UHGV virus genome: UHGV-0172241
Reading direction: 5' to 3' (one strand)
From: a virus
DNA: 36,373 bases
In this document: in pieces, positions 16,175 through 24,310 of the stretch
Layout of the letters: every line of letters begins with the position of its first letter
Position numbering within the stretch: the first letter of the stretch is position 1
Position numbers and translations under genes: made by a program
The notes under the pieces: model-generated
What the model was told of the DNA's origin: nothing
Databases searched by the model: none
The model's input: only the letters and a program-made list of their open reading frames with translations

Positions 16175-16892
16175 GAGGTGTCGTTAATGCAAAAGTACGT
16201 TTATTTCAATGGTATGAAATTCACTAGAGATGAAAATACAGGGTATTATCTCAATTCTACTAATAGAATTAGATTACATCGGTATGTATGGGAGCAAACA
16301 CACGGGAAAATTCCTAAAGGCTATCATATCCATCATATTGACGGGGATAAAAGAAATAACGATATTTCTAACCTAATGATGTTAACGCCTACCGAACATC
16401 TCTCATATCATGGGAATAAGCGCGCTAGTGAAAATTACGAGACAATAGTGAAAAATCTCGATTTAAATGCGCGTCCTAAAGCGAACGAATGGCATGCCTC
16501 AGAAAAAGGTAGAGAATGGCACAAAAAACACTACAACGATATGAAAACTAAATTACATAAAGAAACGGAGTTTAAATGCGAACAATGTAACAAACGCTTT
16601 ATTGCAATTAACAATGGTAAGAATAGATTTTGTTCAAATAATTGTAAATCTAAATGGCGTAGAGTTAATGGTTTGGATGATGTTATTAAGGAGTGTGTGT
16701 ATTGTGAAGGAAAATTTACTTCAAACAAATACAGCAAAAGAAAAACATGCAGTAGAAGATGCGCTAACAAACAAAGAACCGAAGACAGAAAAAATAAAGA
16801 GTATCAAGTTTCATAGTATTCAAGATGTTTACAATATGGAAGTTGAAAAATATCATAACTACGCTGTTGAAGGCGGGTTAATTATTCATAAT
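15890..16892 (+). other. intein (Hint N- and C-terminal splicing blocks with an embedded HNH endonuclease) inserted in the terL nuclease motif. 1003 nt, not a multiple of 3
   Basis: N-terminal Cys1 (tgt at 15890-15892). C-terminal ...VYNMEVEKYHNYAVEGGLIIHN (ending at 16892) followed by the +1 Cys of the extein motif CIDALRY. Removing 15890..16892 restores the canonical TerL motif DTYNH-C-IDALRY. Confidence 0.75.
16187..16816 (+). CDS. HNH homing endonuclease encoded inside the intein, with its own RBS
   Basis: Strong SD AAGAGGTG (16173-16180) 6 nt before the ATG at 16187. HNH motif ...HIHHIDGDKRNNDISNLMMLTPTEH... and C-terminal Cys clusters (CEQC...C..NC, CVYC...C..RC). Confidence 0.8.
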   Translation: MQKYVYFNGMKFTRDENTGYYLNSTNRIRLHRYVWEQTHGKIPKGYHIHHIDGDKRNNDISNLMMLTPTEHLSYHGNKRASENYETIVKNLDLNARPKANEWHASEKGREWHKKHYNDMKTKLHKETEFKCEQCNKRFIAINNGKNRFCSNNCKSKWRRVNGLDDVIKECVYCEGKFTSNKYSKRKTCSRRCANKQRTEDRKNKEYQVS

Positions 16893-16994
16893 TGCATAGA
16901 TGCACTTCGATATAGCGTTGAAATGTTAATGATAAACAATAAAAAACAAAAGAAAAAAGCTAGTGATTTACGAAGAATAAAAAATATGTTTTAA
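16602..16994 (+). CDS. terL: intein C-terminal splicing block (about 16795..16892) plus TerL C-extein (16893..16991), in a +1 frame relative to the HNH ORF. No canonical start codon near the block
   Basis: The frame-0 ORF contains ...IKSIKFHSIQDVYNMEVEKYHNYAVEGGLIIHN|CIDALRYSVEMLMINNKK... Upstream of about 16790 this frame merely overlaps the HNH ORF. Confidence 0.5.
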   Translation: MQLTMVRIDFVQIIVNLNGVELMVWMMLLRSVCIVKENLLQTNTAKEKHAVEDALTNKEPKTEKIKSIKFHSIQDVYNMEVEKYHNYAVEGGLIIHNCIDALRYSVEMLMINNKKQKKKASDLRRIKNMF

Positions 16995-17005
16995 GGAGTG
17001 AGTAA

Positions 17006-18457
17006 ATGACTTTATACACAGTTGGTAACGTACAAGAAAAGTTTTCTCCAACAGCAAACGACGATTTTGTCGTCAATGATTTAGATGAGTTGTTTAAAGA
17101 CGATTATATAAGAAACTTGATTAGCAGACATAAGACAGAGCAGCTACCTAGATTGGAAATGTTAGAGGCGTATTACTTAAATAGAAACACTGACATTTTA
17201 ACTGGAGAGCGCCGTTTGAATAACAACGGAGACAAAGCAGACCACAGAGCAGTACATAACTACGCTAGATACGTTTCTAGATTTATAGTTGGTTATCTGA
17301 CCGGGAACCCTATCACAATCACGCACACGAACAACAAAACAAACAACAAGATTATTGAACTCAATGACAAGAACGACGCTGATGAAATAAACAGCGACTT
17401 AGCATTGAATTTGTCTATATACGGACGTGCATACGAGATTGTATACAGAGACATGAAAGATAATGACACATTTAGAGTGTTAGACCCTAAAAGTACGTTC
17501 GTTGTCTACGATAGCTCGTTAGACAAACGTGTTATAGCGGGTGTTAGATATTATGAAAAGTCAGATGCAAACAATATACCTACGAGCTATATAGAAGTTT
17601 ACACAGAACAAGACATTTATTATTTGCAAGTCAAAGACGGTTCTATTGTAGTAAATGATGTAGTTAAGCACTTCTACAATGAAGTACCTGTTATAGAATA
17701 CTTGAACGACCAATTCAAACAAGGAGATTTCGAGAACGTTATTTCTTTAATTGATTTATATGACGCCAGCCAATCTGATACAGCTAACTATATGTCAGAT
17801 ACTAACGATGCAATGTTAGCATTGATTGGTAATGCTGATTTAGACGGAGAAGATGCGAAAGCGTTTAGAGATGCAAACATGATCCACATCAAACCTTCGA
17901 TAAACGCTAATGGTGGAGAAGGCAAAGCTGACGCTAAGTATATTTATAAACAATATGATGTTTCTGGTTCCGAAGCATATAAAAAGAGATTGCAAAATGA
18001 CATTCACAAATACACAAATACACCGGATTTAAACGATGAAAATTTCAGCGGTATTCAATCCGGCGAGTCAATGAAATACAAATTGTTTGGACTTGAACAA
18101 GTTAGAGCAATAAAAGAGAGATTGTTTAAAAAAGGGTTGATGAAACGATACAAGCTACTTCTAAACAAAGTGAATATAGAAAGCTTGGAAAATCACGATT
18201 ATTCAGAGTTAAACATTGTATTCACTCCTAATCTACCGAAATCACTAAAAGAATCAGTTGAGATTTTCAACGATTTAAATGGTGGCGTTTCAGAAGAAAC
18301 AAGATTAGGTGTACTTGATATAATCAAAAACCCTAAAGAAGAAATGAAGAAAATGGAAAAAGAAAAAGAAAAGCAAATACAATCCCGTGACAACAGCGAA
18401 TACAGCAATCTAACAAACGATAACAAAGAAGATGTGAATATAGATGTCGAAGAGTGA
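17006..18457 (+). CDS. portal protein (SPP1 gp6-like)
   Basis: 483 aa directly after terL. RBS AAGGAGTGAG. Acidic C-terminus typical of portals. Confidence 0.85.
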   Translation: MTLYTVGNVQEKFSPTANDDFVVNDLDELFKDDYIRNLISRHKTEQLPRLEMLEAYYLNRNTDILTGERRLNNNGDKADHRAVHNYARYVSRFIVGYLTGNPITITHTNNKTNNKIIELNDKNDADEINSDLALNLSIYGRAYEIVYRDMKDNDTFRVLDPKSTFVVYDSSLDKRVIAGVRYYEKSDANNIPTSYIEVYTEQDIYYLQVKDGSIVVNDVVKHFYNEVPVIEYLNDQFKQGDFENVISLIDLYDASQSDTANYMSDTNDAMLALIGNADLDGEDAKAFRDANMIHIKPSINANGGEGKADAKYIYKQYDVSGSEAYKKRLQNDIHKYTNTPDLNDENFSGIQSGESMKYKLFGLEQVRAIKERLFKKGLMKRYKLLLNKVNIESLENHDYSELNIVFTPNLPKSLKESVEIFNDLNGGVSEETRLGVLDIIKNPKEEMKKMEKEKEKQIQSRDNSEYSNLTNDNKEDVNIDVEE

Positions 18458-19409
18458 TGCTCAATGGTGGGAATTAGCTCAAAAAGGGATTGTACAAGAA
18501 GTAAAACGTGATAAAGCGGCAATTAAAGACATAGAAATATTATTAATGACCATGATTAAAGAGATAGAGAAAGAAATAATGTCATTCTATGCTAAGTATG
18601 CGAATCATGAAGGCTTGAACATCAAAGAAGCTAAAAAGAAAGTTGATAGCTTTGACGTAGAAGCATTCAAAAACAAGGCTAAGCAGTATGTAGAAACCAA
18701 AGACTTTAGCGATAAGGCTAACAAAGAACTGAAGAAGTACAACACAAAGATGTATGTATCTAGAGAAGAATTGTTAAAAGGCCAATTAAACGGGATGATA
18801 GATTATTTTACAGCCGAAACAGAGAACAAACTATCTGATTACATGCACGATGCTGTAGAGAGGGAAATAAAGCGCCAAGCAGGGATATTAGGCGACAATG
18901 TAGAAATAACACCACAGAAAGTAACGTCTATTGTTAACGCTGACTTTGGCAATACAACATGGTCTAAGCGTTTATGGTCAAACATGGATGAATTACGCGA
19001 CGATGTACAACGTATTGCATCACACGTTGTATTGAGAGGTAGACACCCGAACGAATTTGTTTCTGAACTTAGGAAGAAACACGATGTCGCTACATCAGAT
19101 GCTAAGCGTTTGTTAATAACAGAAGCAGCAAGGGTTCAAACATTAGCGCAAAAAGAGTATTACACTGCTACTTTAGGCGAAGATGCAAGATATCAATTTG
19201 TTGCTAAAGTGGATGAAAAGACATCTAAAACTTGTCTTAGCCATAATGGCAATATCTATAAAGTTAAAGATATGACACCAGGATTAAACGCACCTCCACT
19301 ACATCCACACTGTAGATCTTCAACGATACCTTTCGCACCTACTAGAAGAAAAGACTTTATAAACTCTAGAAAAGGACGCTACACAGGCGCTAAGGTAACA
19401 ATAAAATGA
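18444..19409 (+). CDS. minor head / head morphogenesis protein (SPP1 gp7 / Mu F-like)
   Basis: C-terminal ...NAPPLHPHCRSS... motif characteristic of the gp7/Mu F family. Confidence 0.8.
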   Translation: MSKSDAQWWELAQKGIVQEVKRDKAAIKDIEILLMTMIKEIEKEIMSFYAKYANHEGLNIKEAKKKVDSFDVEAFKNKAKQYVETKDFSDKANKELKKYNTKMYVSREELLKGQLNGMIDYFTAETENKLSDYMHDAVEREIKRQAGILGDNVEITPQKVTSIVNADFGNTTWSKRLWSNMDELRDDVQRIASHVVLRGRHPNEFVSELRKKHDVATSDAKRLLITEAARVQTLAQKEYYTATLGEDARYQFVAKVDEKTSKTCLSHNGNIYKVKDMTPGLNAPPLHPHCRSSTIPFAPTRRKDFINSRKGRYTGAKVTIK

Positions 19410-19727
19410 AACTAGAATTAAAAGTTAAAGTGAAAGGCAATAACATTGCTTATTATGATGAATCAAATAAGATGTGGAGGATTGTTAATATTGAGAAGCA
19501 ACGAATCATATCTAAAAGAAATAGCTAGAGAATTAAAGTTAATAAGAGTTGAATTGCAAAAGCAAAACGAACCAACGGTAAAAGAAGATAAAACGAAAGA
19601 AAACAAAACAAGTAAGTATATATAAAACTACCAAATTGGTGGTTATTTTTTATGTCCAAAACGTGCTGACGACGTTAAAAGCTCGTATGGAAAAACAGTC
19701 GACAGACTATAAACGGGGGTATATCTC

Positions 19728-20318
19728 ATGACAGAAGAAACAAAAAGTAACGTTACTGAAGAAACAGAAGTAAAAGAGCAAACACAAGAAAATCAAGACG
19801 AAACTTCAAACGATAAAACAAAGCAGTCAAAAGATACTGATAAAACATTTACACAAGAAGAAGTTAACCAAATGATTAAAGACCGTGTTGCTCGTGAACA
19901 AAAGAAAGCGGAAGAAAAAGCAGAAGAAGCCGCAAAACTAGCTAAGATGAACAAAGACCAAAAAGCAGAGTATGAACGCGAAAAAATGGAAAAAGAGCTG
20001 CAACAATTACGTGCAGAAAAAGCGACAAATGAAATGCGTTCAGAAGCTCGCGCTATGTTGAAAGAAAAGAATATCGATGCTAGTGATGAACTGTTAAATT
20101 TTGTTGTGAAAGAAGATGCAAACGGAACTAAAGAAAGTGTTGATGCATTCGTTGATTTGTTAAATGGAATGGTAAAAACACAAGTCAAAGAAGCGTTGCG
20201 TCAAGAATCGCCGAAAGCTTTCACAACAAGCGGATTGACTAAAGAAGATATTTTAAACATAAAAGATGATAGCAAACGTCAAATAGCTATCGCTCAAAAT
20301 AGACAATTATTTAATTAA
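19728..20318 (+). CDS. scaffolding protein
   Basis: Highly charged, Glu/Lys-rich coiled-coil 196-aa protein immediately upstream of the major capsid gene. RBS AACGGGGG. Confidence 0.7.
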   Translation: MTEETKSNVTEETEVKEQTQENQDETSNDKTKQSKDTDKTFTQEEVNQMIKDRVAREQKKAEEKAEEAAKLAKMNKDQKAEYEREKMEKELQQLRAEKATNEMRSEARAMLKEKNIDASDELLNFVVKEDANGTKESVDAFVDLLNGMVKTQVKEALRQESPKAFTTSGLTKEDILNIKDDSKRQIAIAQNRQLFN

Positions 20319-20337
20319 TAATCGGAGGTAATTACTT

Positions 20338-21243
20338 ATGGCAGCAGAACCAAATTTAATTGATGTAAAAGCATTAGGCGAAGCGAAGTCGATTGATTTT
20401 GCAAACAGAATGGGTATTGGATTAAATAAATTATTCGAAGCATTATCTATTACAAACAAAATTCCTATGAATGTAGGTTCAGCAATTAAGCAATATCGTT
20501 TTAAAATTGTTGACTCAACAGCTCCAGACGGAAACGTTGCAGAAGGCGACATCATTCCATTAACAAAAGTTGAACGTGAACAAGTTAAAATCACTGAATT
20601 AAAATTCAAAAAATATCGTAAATCTACAAGTGCAGAAGCTATTCAATCACATGGTTATGATTTAGCAATCAATCGTACTGACAATGAGTTGTTACGTTAT
20701 GTACAAAAGAACTTCCGTAAGGATTTCTTCAACTCTTTAAAAGGTGCTTTGGATAGTGCTGACCGTACAAACAAAGCAGCTTTAACTGGCAAGAATTTAC
20801 AAGGAGCTTTAGCTAAAGGGCGTGCTAACTTATCTACTTTATTAGATGATGAGATCACTCCTATCGCTTTAGTAAACCCTAACGATGTAGCAGAGCATAT
20901 CGCTAATGGTTTCATTAACTCAAATGGCGCTCAATTTGGATTAAATTTATTAACTCCATACGTTGGTGTTAGAGTTATCGAATTTGCAGACGTACCTGCT
21001 GGCGAAGTTTGGATGACAACAGCTGAAAACTTAAATGTAGCGTTTGCTAATCCACGCGGCGAATTATCACGCGCATTTGCATTTGCAACTGACGAAACTG
21101 GCTTTGTAGGTGTGTTACACGATATTCAACCAGAACGCTTAACAGCTGACACTGTATTTGCTTCTGCAATCTCAATGTTCCCTGAAAACATCGACGCAGT
21201 GGTTAAAGTGACAATCAAAGCAGAAACTGCACCAGTAGTATAA
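20338..21243 (+). CDS. major capsid protein
   Basis: 301 aa, RBS GGAGG. Position after the scaffold. Ala/Gly/Val-rich composition typical of SPP1 gp13-like capsid proteins. Confidence 0.8.
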   Translation: MAAEPNLIDVKALGEAKSIDFANRMGIGLNKLFEALSITNKIPMNVGSAIKQYRFKIVDSTAPDGNVAEGDIIPLTKVEREQVKITELKFKKYRKSTSAEAIQSHGYDLAINRTDNELLRYVQKNFRKDFFNSLKGALDSADRTNKAALTGKNLQGALAKGRANLSTLLDDEITPIALVNPNDVAEHIANGFINSNGAQFGLNLLTPYVGVRVIEFADVPAGEVWMTTAENLNVAFANPRGELSRAFAFATDETGFVGVLHDIQPERLTADTVFASAISMFPENIDAVVKVTIKAETAPVV

Positions 21244-21257
21244 AAAGAGGTGGTAAA

Positions 21258-21497
21258 ATGGTTTGTTTAGTAGCTAGTAACTTTAAAGACAAAACGGATA
21301 ACGAGCGCCTTTATTTAAAAGGCGACGTTTATTCTTGTGATGACGACCAACGTATCAAAGATTTAAAAGGAAAAGGTTATTTAGTTGTTGTTAATGAACA
21401 AATGACTAAAAAAGATATAGTGGATACTTTATCAAGTATCAATATTGTTGTCGAAGATGACAAGACGAAAGCTGATATCTTATCAGACTTAGAGTAG
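21258..21497 (+). CDS. hypothetical head protein (79 aa)
   Basis: RBS AAGAGGTGG upstream. Confidence 0.5.
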   Translation: MVCLVASNFKDKTDNERLYLKGDVYSCDDDQRIKDLKGKGYLVVVNEQMTKKDIVDTLSSINIVVEDDKTKADILSDLE

Positions 21498-21506
21498 GTG
21501 TTGTTA

Positions 21507-21836
21507 ATGGCAACTAAAGAAAATGTGAAAGTGTTACTTGGTTTAAAAGACGACAAACAAGACAATGTCTTAGATATCATCATTAAGAACACTGAAAGTC
21601 GTTTATTATCCAAATTGCCTATAAATATTGAACGTGTACCGGATAACTTATCTTTCATTGTCGAAGAAGTGGCTGTCAAACGTTATAACAGAATAGGCGC
21701 TGAAGGTATGACGACAGAAAGTGTTGAAGGCCGTACAAATACGTTTCAAGCGAATGATTTCGATGAGTATCAAACAATTATTGATGAACTTTACCCGAAA
21801 GAAAACGGGTCGAAAGGAAGTATCAAATTTTATTGA
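21507..21836 (+). CDS. head-tail connector (gp15/gp6-like DNA-packaging/connector protein)
   Basis: Size and position. ATG at about 21507 (the track starts at 21498). Confidence 0.6.
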   Translation: MATKENVKVLLGLKDDKQDNVLDIIIKNTESRLLSKLPINIERVPDNLSFIVEEVAVKRYNRIGAEGMTTESVEGRTNTFQANDFDEYQTIIDELYPKENGSKGSIKFY

Positions 21837-22135
21837 GATACAACGACAGAATAACATTCATGCTTGAAAGTAAAGGGGCTTACAACACTAAGACGAGCAA
21901 ATACGAGCCTAAAACAACCACTTACGACGAAGAAGTATGTAATATCAATCCGCTTTCTATGGAGCGCTTAGCTGTTGAATTTGGCGATATTACTAAAGAT
22001 ATTATGGTTGCGCGTCTTCAAGGCAACTATGATAATACTGTAAGCCACGCATTAGTTAACAACATCAAATATAAAGTAGTTACACAAAAACACTACATTC
22101 ACGATACTGTGTTTTATTTGGAGAGTGTTAACTAA
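21833..22135 (+). CDS. head closure / head-tail adaptor protein (gp16-like)
   Basis: 100 aa, conserved position. The start is uncertain (TTG at 21833 or ATG at 21860). Confidence 0.6.
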   Translation: MRYNDRITFMLESKGAYNTKTSKYEPKTTTYDEEVCNINPLSMERLAVEFGDITKDIMVARLQGNYDNTVSHALVNNIKYKVVTQKHYIHDTVFYLESVN

Positions 22136-22476
22136 TGAATTTAGATGCGCTTATAGAACACTTTGAGTTTATGGAAGACAACATTGAGGACGATGTAAAC
22201 GAAGTTGTTAGAAACGTCGCTATAGACGGTGTGAGTATTGCCAAAAACAATGCTAAACGTGTGATGAATAAAGGATACTGGACCGGAAACTTATGGCGTG
22301 AAATAGAGTCAGCAAAAAGCGGTAAATTATCATATAAAATCACATCAAACGCCGGCTATTCGGGGTTCTTAGAATTTGGAACGCGTTATATGGAGGCTGA
22401 ACCTTTTATGTGGCCAACATATTTAGAGGTACAAAAGAATTTGGTTGAAGATTTAAAAGAATTGCTGGAAGGATAG
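22135..22476 (+). CDS. HK97 gp10-like tail component
   Basis: ...GYSGFLEFGTRYMEAEPFMWP... is typical of the HK97 gp10 family. Confidence 0.65.
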   Translation: MNLDALIEHFEFMEDNIEDDVNEVVRNVAIDGVSIAKNNAKRVMNKGYWTGNLWREIESAKSGKLSYKITSNAGYSGFLEFGTRYMEAEPFMWPTYLEVQKNLVEDLKELLEG

Positions 22477-22486
22477 AGGTGTTGCA

Positions 22487-22873
22487 ATGCAATCACCACA
22501 ATTACAACTTTACAACAAAACATTTGACTTAGCTAAAGGATATGATATCCCTATTATTTCTCAAAAAGAGATGACAGAAGATATTTCATATCCTTTTGTT
22601 GTTTTAAGTAGAAGTGACGGGCGCATGAATATAGGTTCGTTTGACACTATAGACGGACAAACAAGCGTCACTATAGATATTTGGTCACAAGAAAGTGATT
22701 TAGGCTTACATGATAGCATTGTGCACGGTTTACAAGTTGATTTAAGTCAACTAGAGACGTTACCTAATTATCAAGTAAGGCTAAATGATATAACCGTTAA
22801 CCAAATATCTGATAATACAACAAATCAATCTTTAGCACACAGTCAAATAGTCGCAGAGTTTAATACTTATTAA
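22487..22873 (+). CDS. tail completion / tail terminator protein
   Basis: Position immediately before the major tail protein. 128 aa. Confidence 0.55.
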   Translation: MQSPQLQLYNKTFDLAKGYDIPIISQKEMTEDISYPFVVLSRSDGRMNIGSFDTIDGQTSVTIDIWSQESDLGLHDSIVHGLQVDLSQLETLPNYQVRLNDITVNQISDNTTNQSLAHSQIVAEFNTY

Positions 22874-22889
22874 AAACGGAGGTTTTTTT

Positions 22890-23453
22890 ATGGCACAAAA
22901 ATCAGGTAAAGACGAATTAGTATTATTACGAATTTTAGGAGAAAAAGTAGACGCTGAAAAAGTAATGCTAGTTACTGAGCACTCACGCTCTACTGAAAAA
23001 GATAAAGACAGCGTTGAAACAATGGACGGTTCAATTAGCGCTGGCGGTTCTTTAGAGTCAGAAGTTAAATTCACAGCACACATGGACGTACAAGACAAGC
23101 TTTCAGATGAAATTGAAGATGCTGTTGAAGATGACATCGCTTATGAACTTTGGTTCATCAATCGACAAGTTAAAAATACAGAAGGAAAATATAAAGCAGA
23201 ATACAGACAGGGTTACTTCACATCGTTTGAACGTAAGAATGAGGCTGATGGTATCGCTGAATATGAAGCTGAATATGCTGTTTTCGGTAAGAAGAAACGT
23301 GGTTATGCAACGTTACCTAAATTAATTGAAGATAACAAACTTGCATATGGCTTCCACGACACTGTGAAAGCTGACCCTGCAAACGACGGTTTAGCTTCAA
23401 TACCTCAACCAACAGAAAGCGGAGCGGCCGAAACTGGAACACCTGTACTTTAA
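22890..23453 (+). CDS. major tail protein
   Basis: 187 aa, RBS AACGGAGG, followed by a strong terminator, and located before the G/GT chaperone pair. Confidence 0.8.
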   Translation: MAQKSGKDELVLLRILGEKVDAEKVMLVTEHSRSTEKDKDSVETMDGSISAGGSLESEVKFTAHMDVQDKLSDEIEDAVEDDIAYELWFINRQVKNTEGKYKAEYRQGYFTSFERKNEADGIAEYEAEYAVFGKKKRGYATLPKLIEDNKLAYGFHDTVKADPANDGLASIPQPTESGAAETGTPVL

Positions 23454-23461
23454 TTTTAAAT

Positions 23462-23491
23462 GGGCAAGCCTTGAGCTTGCTCCTTTTTTTA
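23462..23491 (+). terminator. rho-independent terminator after the major tail gene
   Basis: Stem GCAAGC(23464-23469)/GCTTGC(23475-23480) then T7. Confidence 0.6.
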
Positions 23492-23528
23492 TACCAAAAA
23501 TCAAAAACAATGAAAGAGGTACATAAAT

Positions 23529-23894
23529 ATGTATATCAACTTTAAAGGCAAAGAATTAGAATTATCATTCGGTTTAAAATTTTTAAGAATTATCGACAAA
23601 GTAATGGCTATGGAGTCTGAAAATATTTCTTTTGGTCAAGGCACACAAATGTTAGTGCCTAGATTAGAAATGGCTGATGCAGTTTCTTTATCATACATTA
23701 TCGAAGCTGCTACAGCACATCACAACAAAGCACCTAAAACAGAAAGTGAATTAGAAACTGTAATAGAAGATATCGCAGAAGAGCACGGCATTGAAGAGTT
23801 TTGTCAAGACATCATCAAGGAATTGGGAAAGCGTGTCATGACCCAAAACCTAGTACCGGACGAGTACAAAGAAGCGAAAAAAGCGAAGAAATAA
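23529..23894 (+). CDS. tail assembly chaperone (gpG-like)
   Basis: 121 aa between the major tail and tape measure genes. Its 3' end is overlapped by the -1 frame ORF. Confidence 0.75.
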   Translation: MYINFKGKELELSFGLKFLRIIDKVMAMESENISFGQGTQMLVPRLEMADAVSLSYIIEAATAHHNKAPKTESELETVIEDIAEEHGIEEFCQDIIKELGKRVMTQNLVPDEYKEAKKAKK

Positions 23895-24304
23895 TACAAA
23901 ATAGGTCATTAACTTATGACAAGTTAGTTGTATCGTGTATGTCTCAATTAAAAATATACGATATGCAAGAGATTGAAAAACTAACGCTAACCGAATATTA
24001 CTATCGAATGTGGGCGCGAGAATACGAAAGGCTAGACCAAATACAACAGATGTTTGATTTAGCCTTTTCAATTCGTAATGCTCAACTAACCGAAAACATC
24101 GGAACAGAGAATAAGCCAGAAGAACGTTATATGTTTAATGACTCATCTGATTTATTGAATTATGAAGAGAACATCAAACGTTTAGATAAAGGCTTATCTA
24201 TCAAATTTGAAGAAAAAAGCAAAGAAGTAGAGCAAGGCATGAGTTTGAAAGACAAATTAAAGCTCGTTGCTCAAGTTAACAAAGATGCAAAAGGGAAGGA
24301 GTGA
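23801..24304 (+). CDS. gpT-like extension produced by -1 programmed frameshift from gpG (G-T fusion)
   Basis: The -1 frame ORF overlaps the end of G. An A6 run (23877-23882, context GCGAAAAAAGCG) lies just before the G stop. There is no independent RBS or start for this frame. Confidence 0.6.
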   Translation: MSRHHQGIGKACHDPKPSTGRVQRSEKSEEIIQNRSLTYDKLVVSCMSQLKIYDMQEIEKLTLTEYYYRMWAREYERLDQIQQMFDLAFSIRNAQLTENIGTENKPEERYMFNDSSDLLNYEENIKRLDKGLSIKFEEKSKEVEQGMSLKDKLKLVAQVNKDAKGKE

Positions 24305-24310
24305 GGATAA

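Noticed and set aside
15890-16892. Group I intron with an HNH ORF as the explanation for the terL interruption, as occurs in some staphylococcal phage terL genes
   Set aside because: The flanking protein sequence has canonical intein blocks (Cys1, TxxH, terminal HN and +1 Cys) in frame with the exteins. An intron would not encode these. RNA-level removal is not excluded experimentally, but the sequence does not support it.
14708-16994. Reading terL as a single continuous ORF by stop-codon readthrough
   Set aside because: Readthrough of the TAA would still leave the +1 frame offset before the C-terminal splicing block. At least two recoding events would be needed. The alternatives are kept under findings instead.
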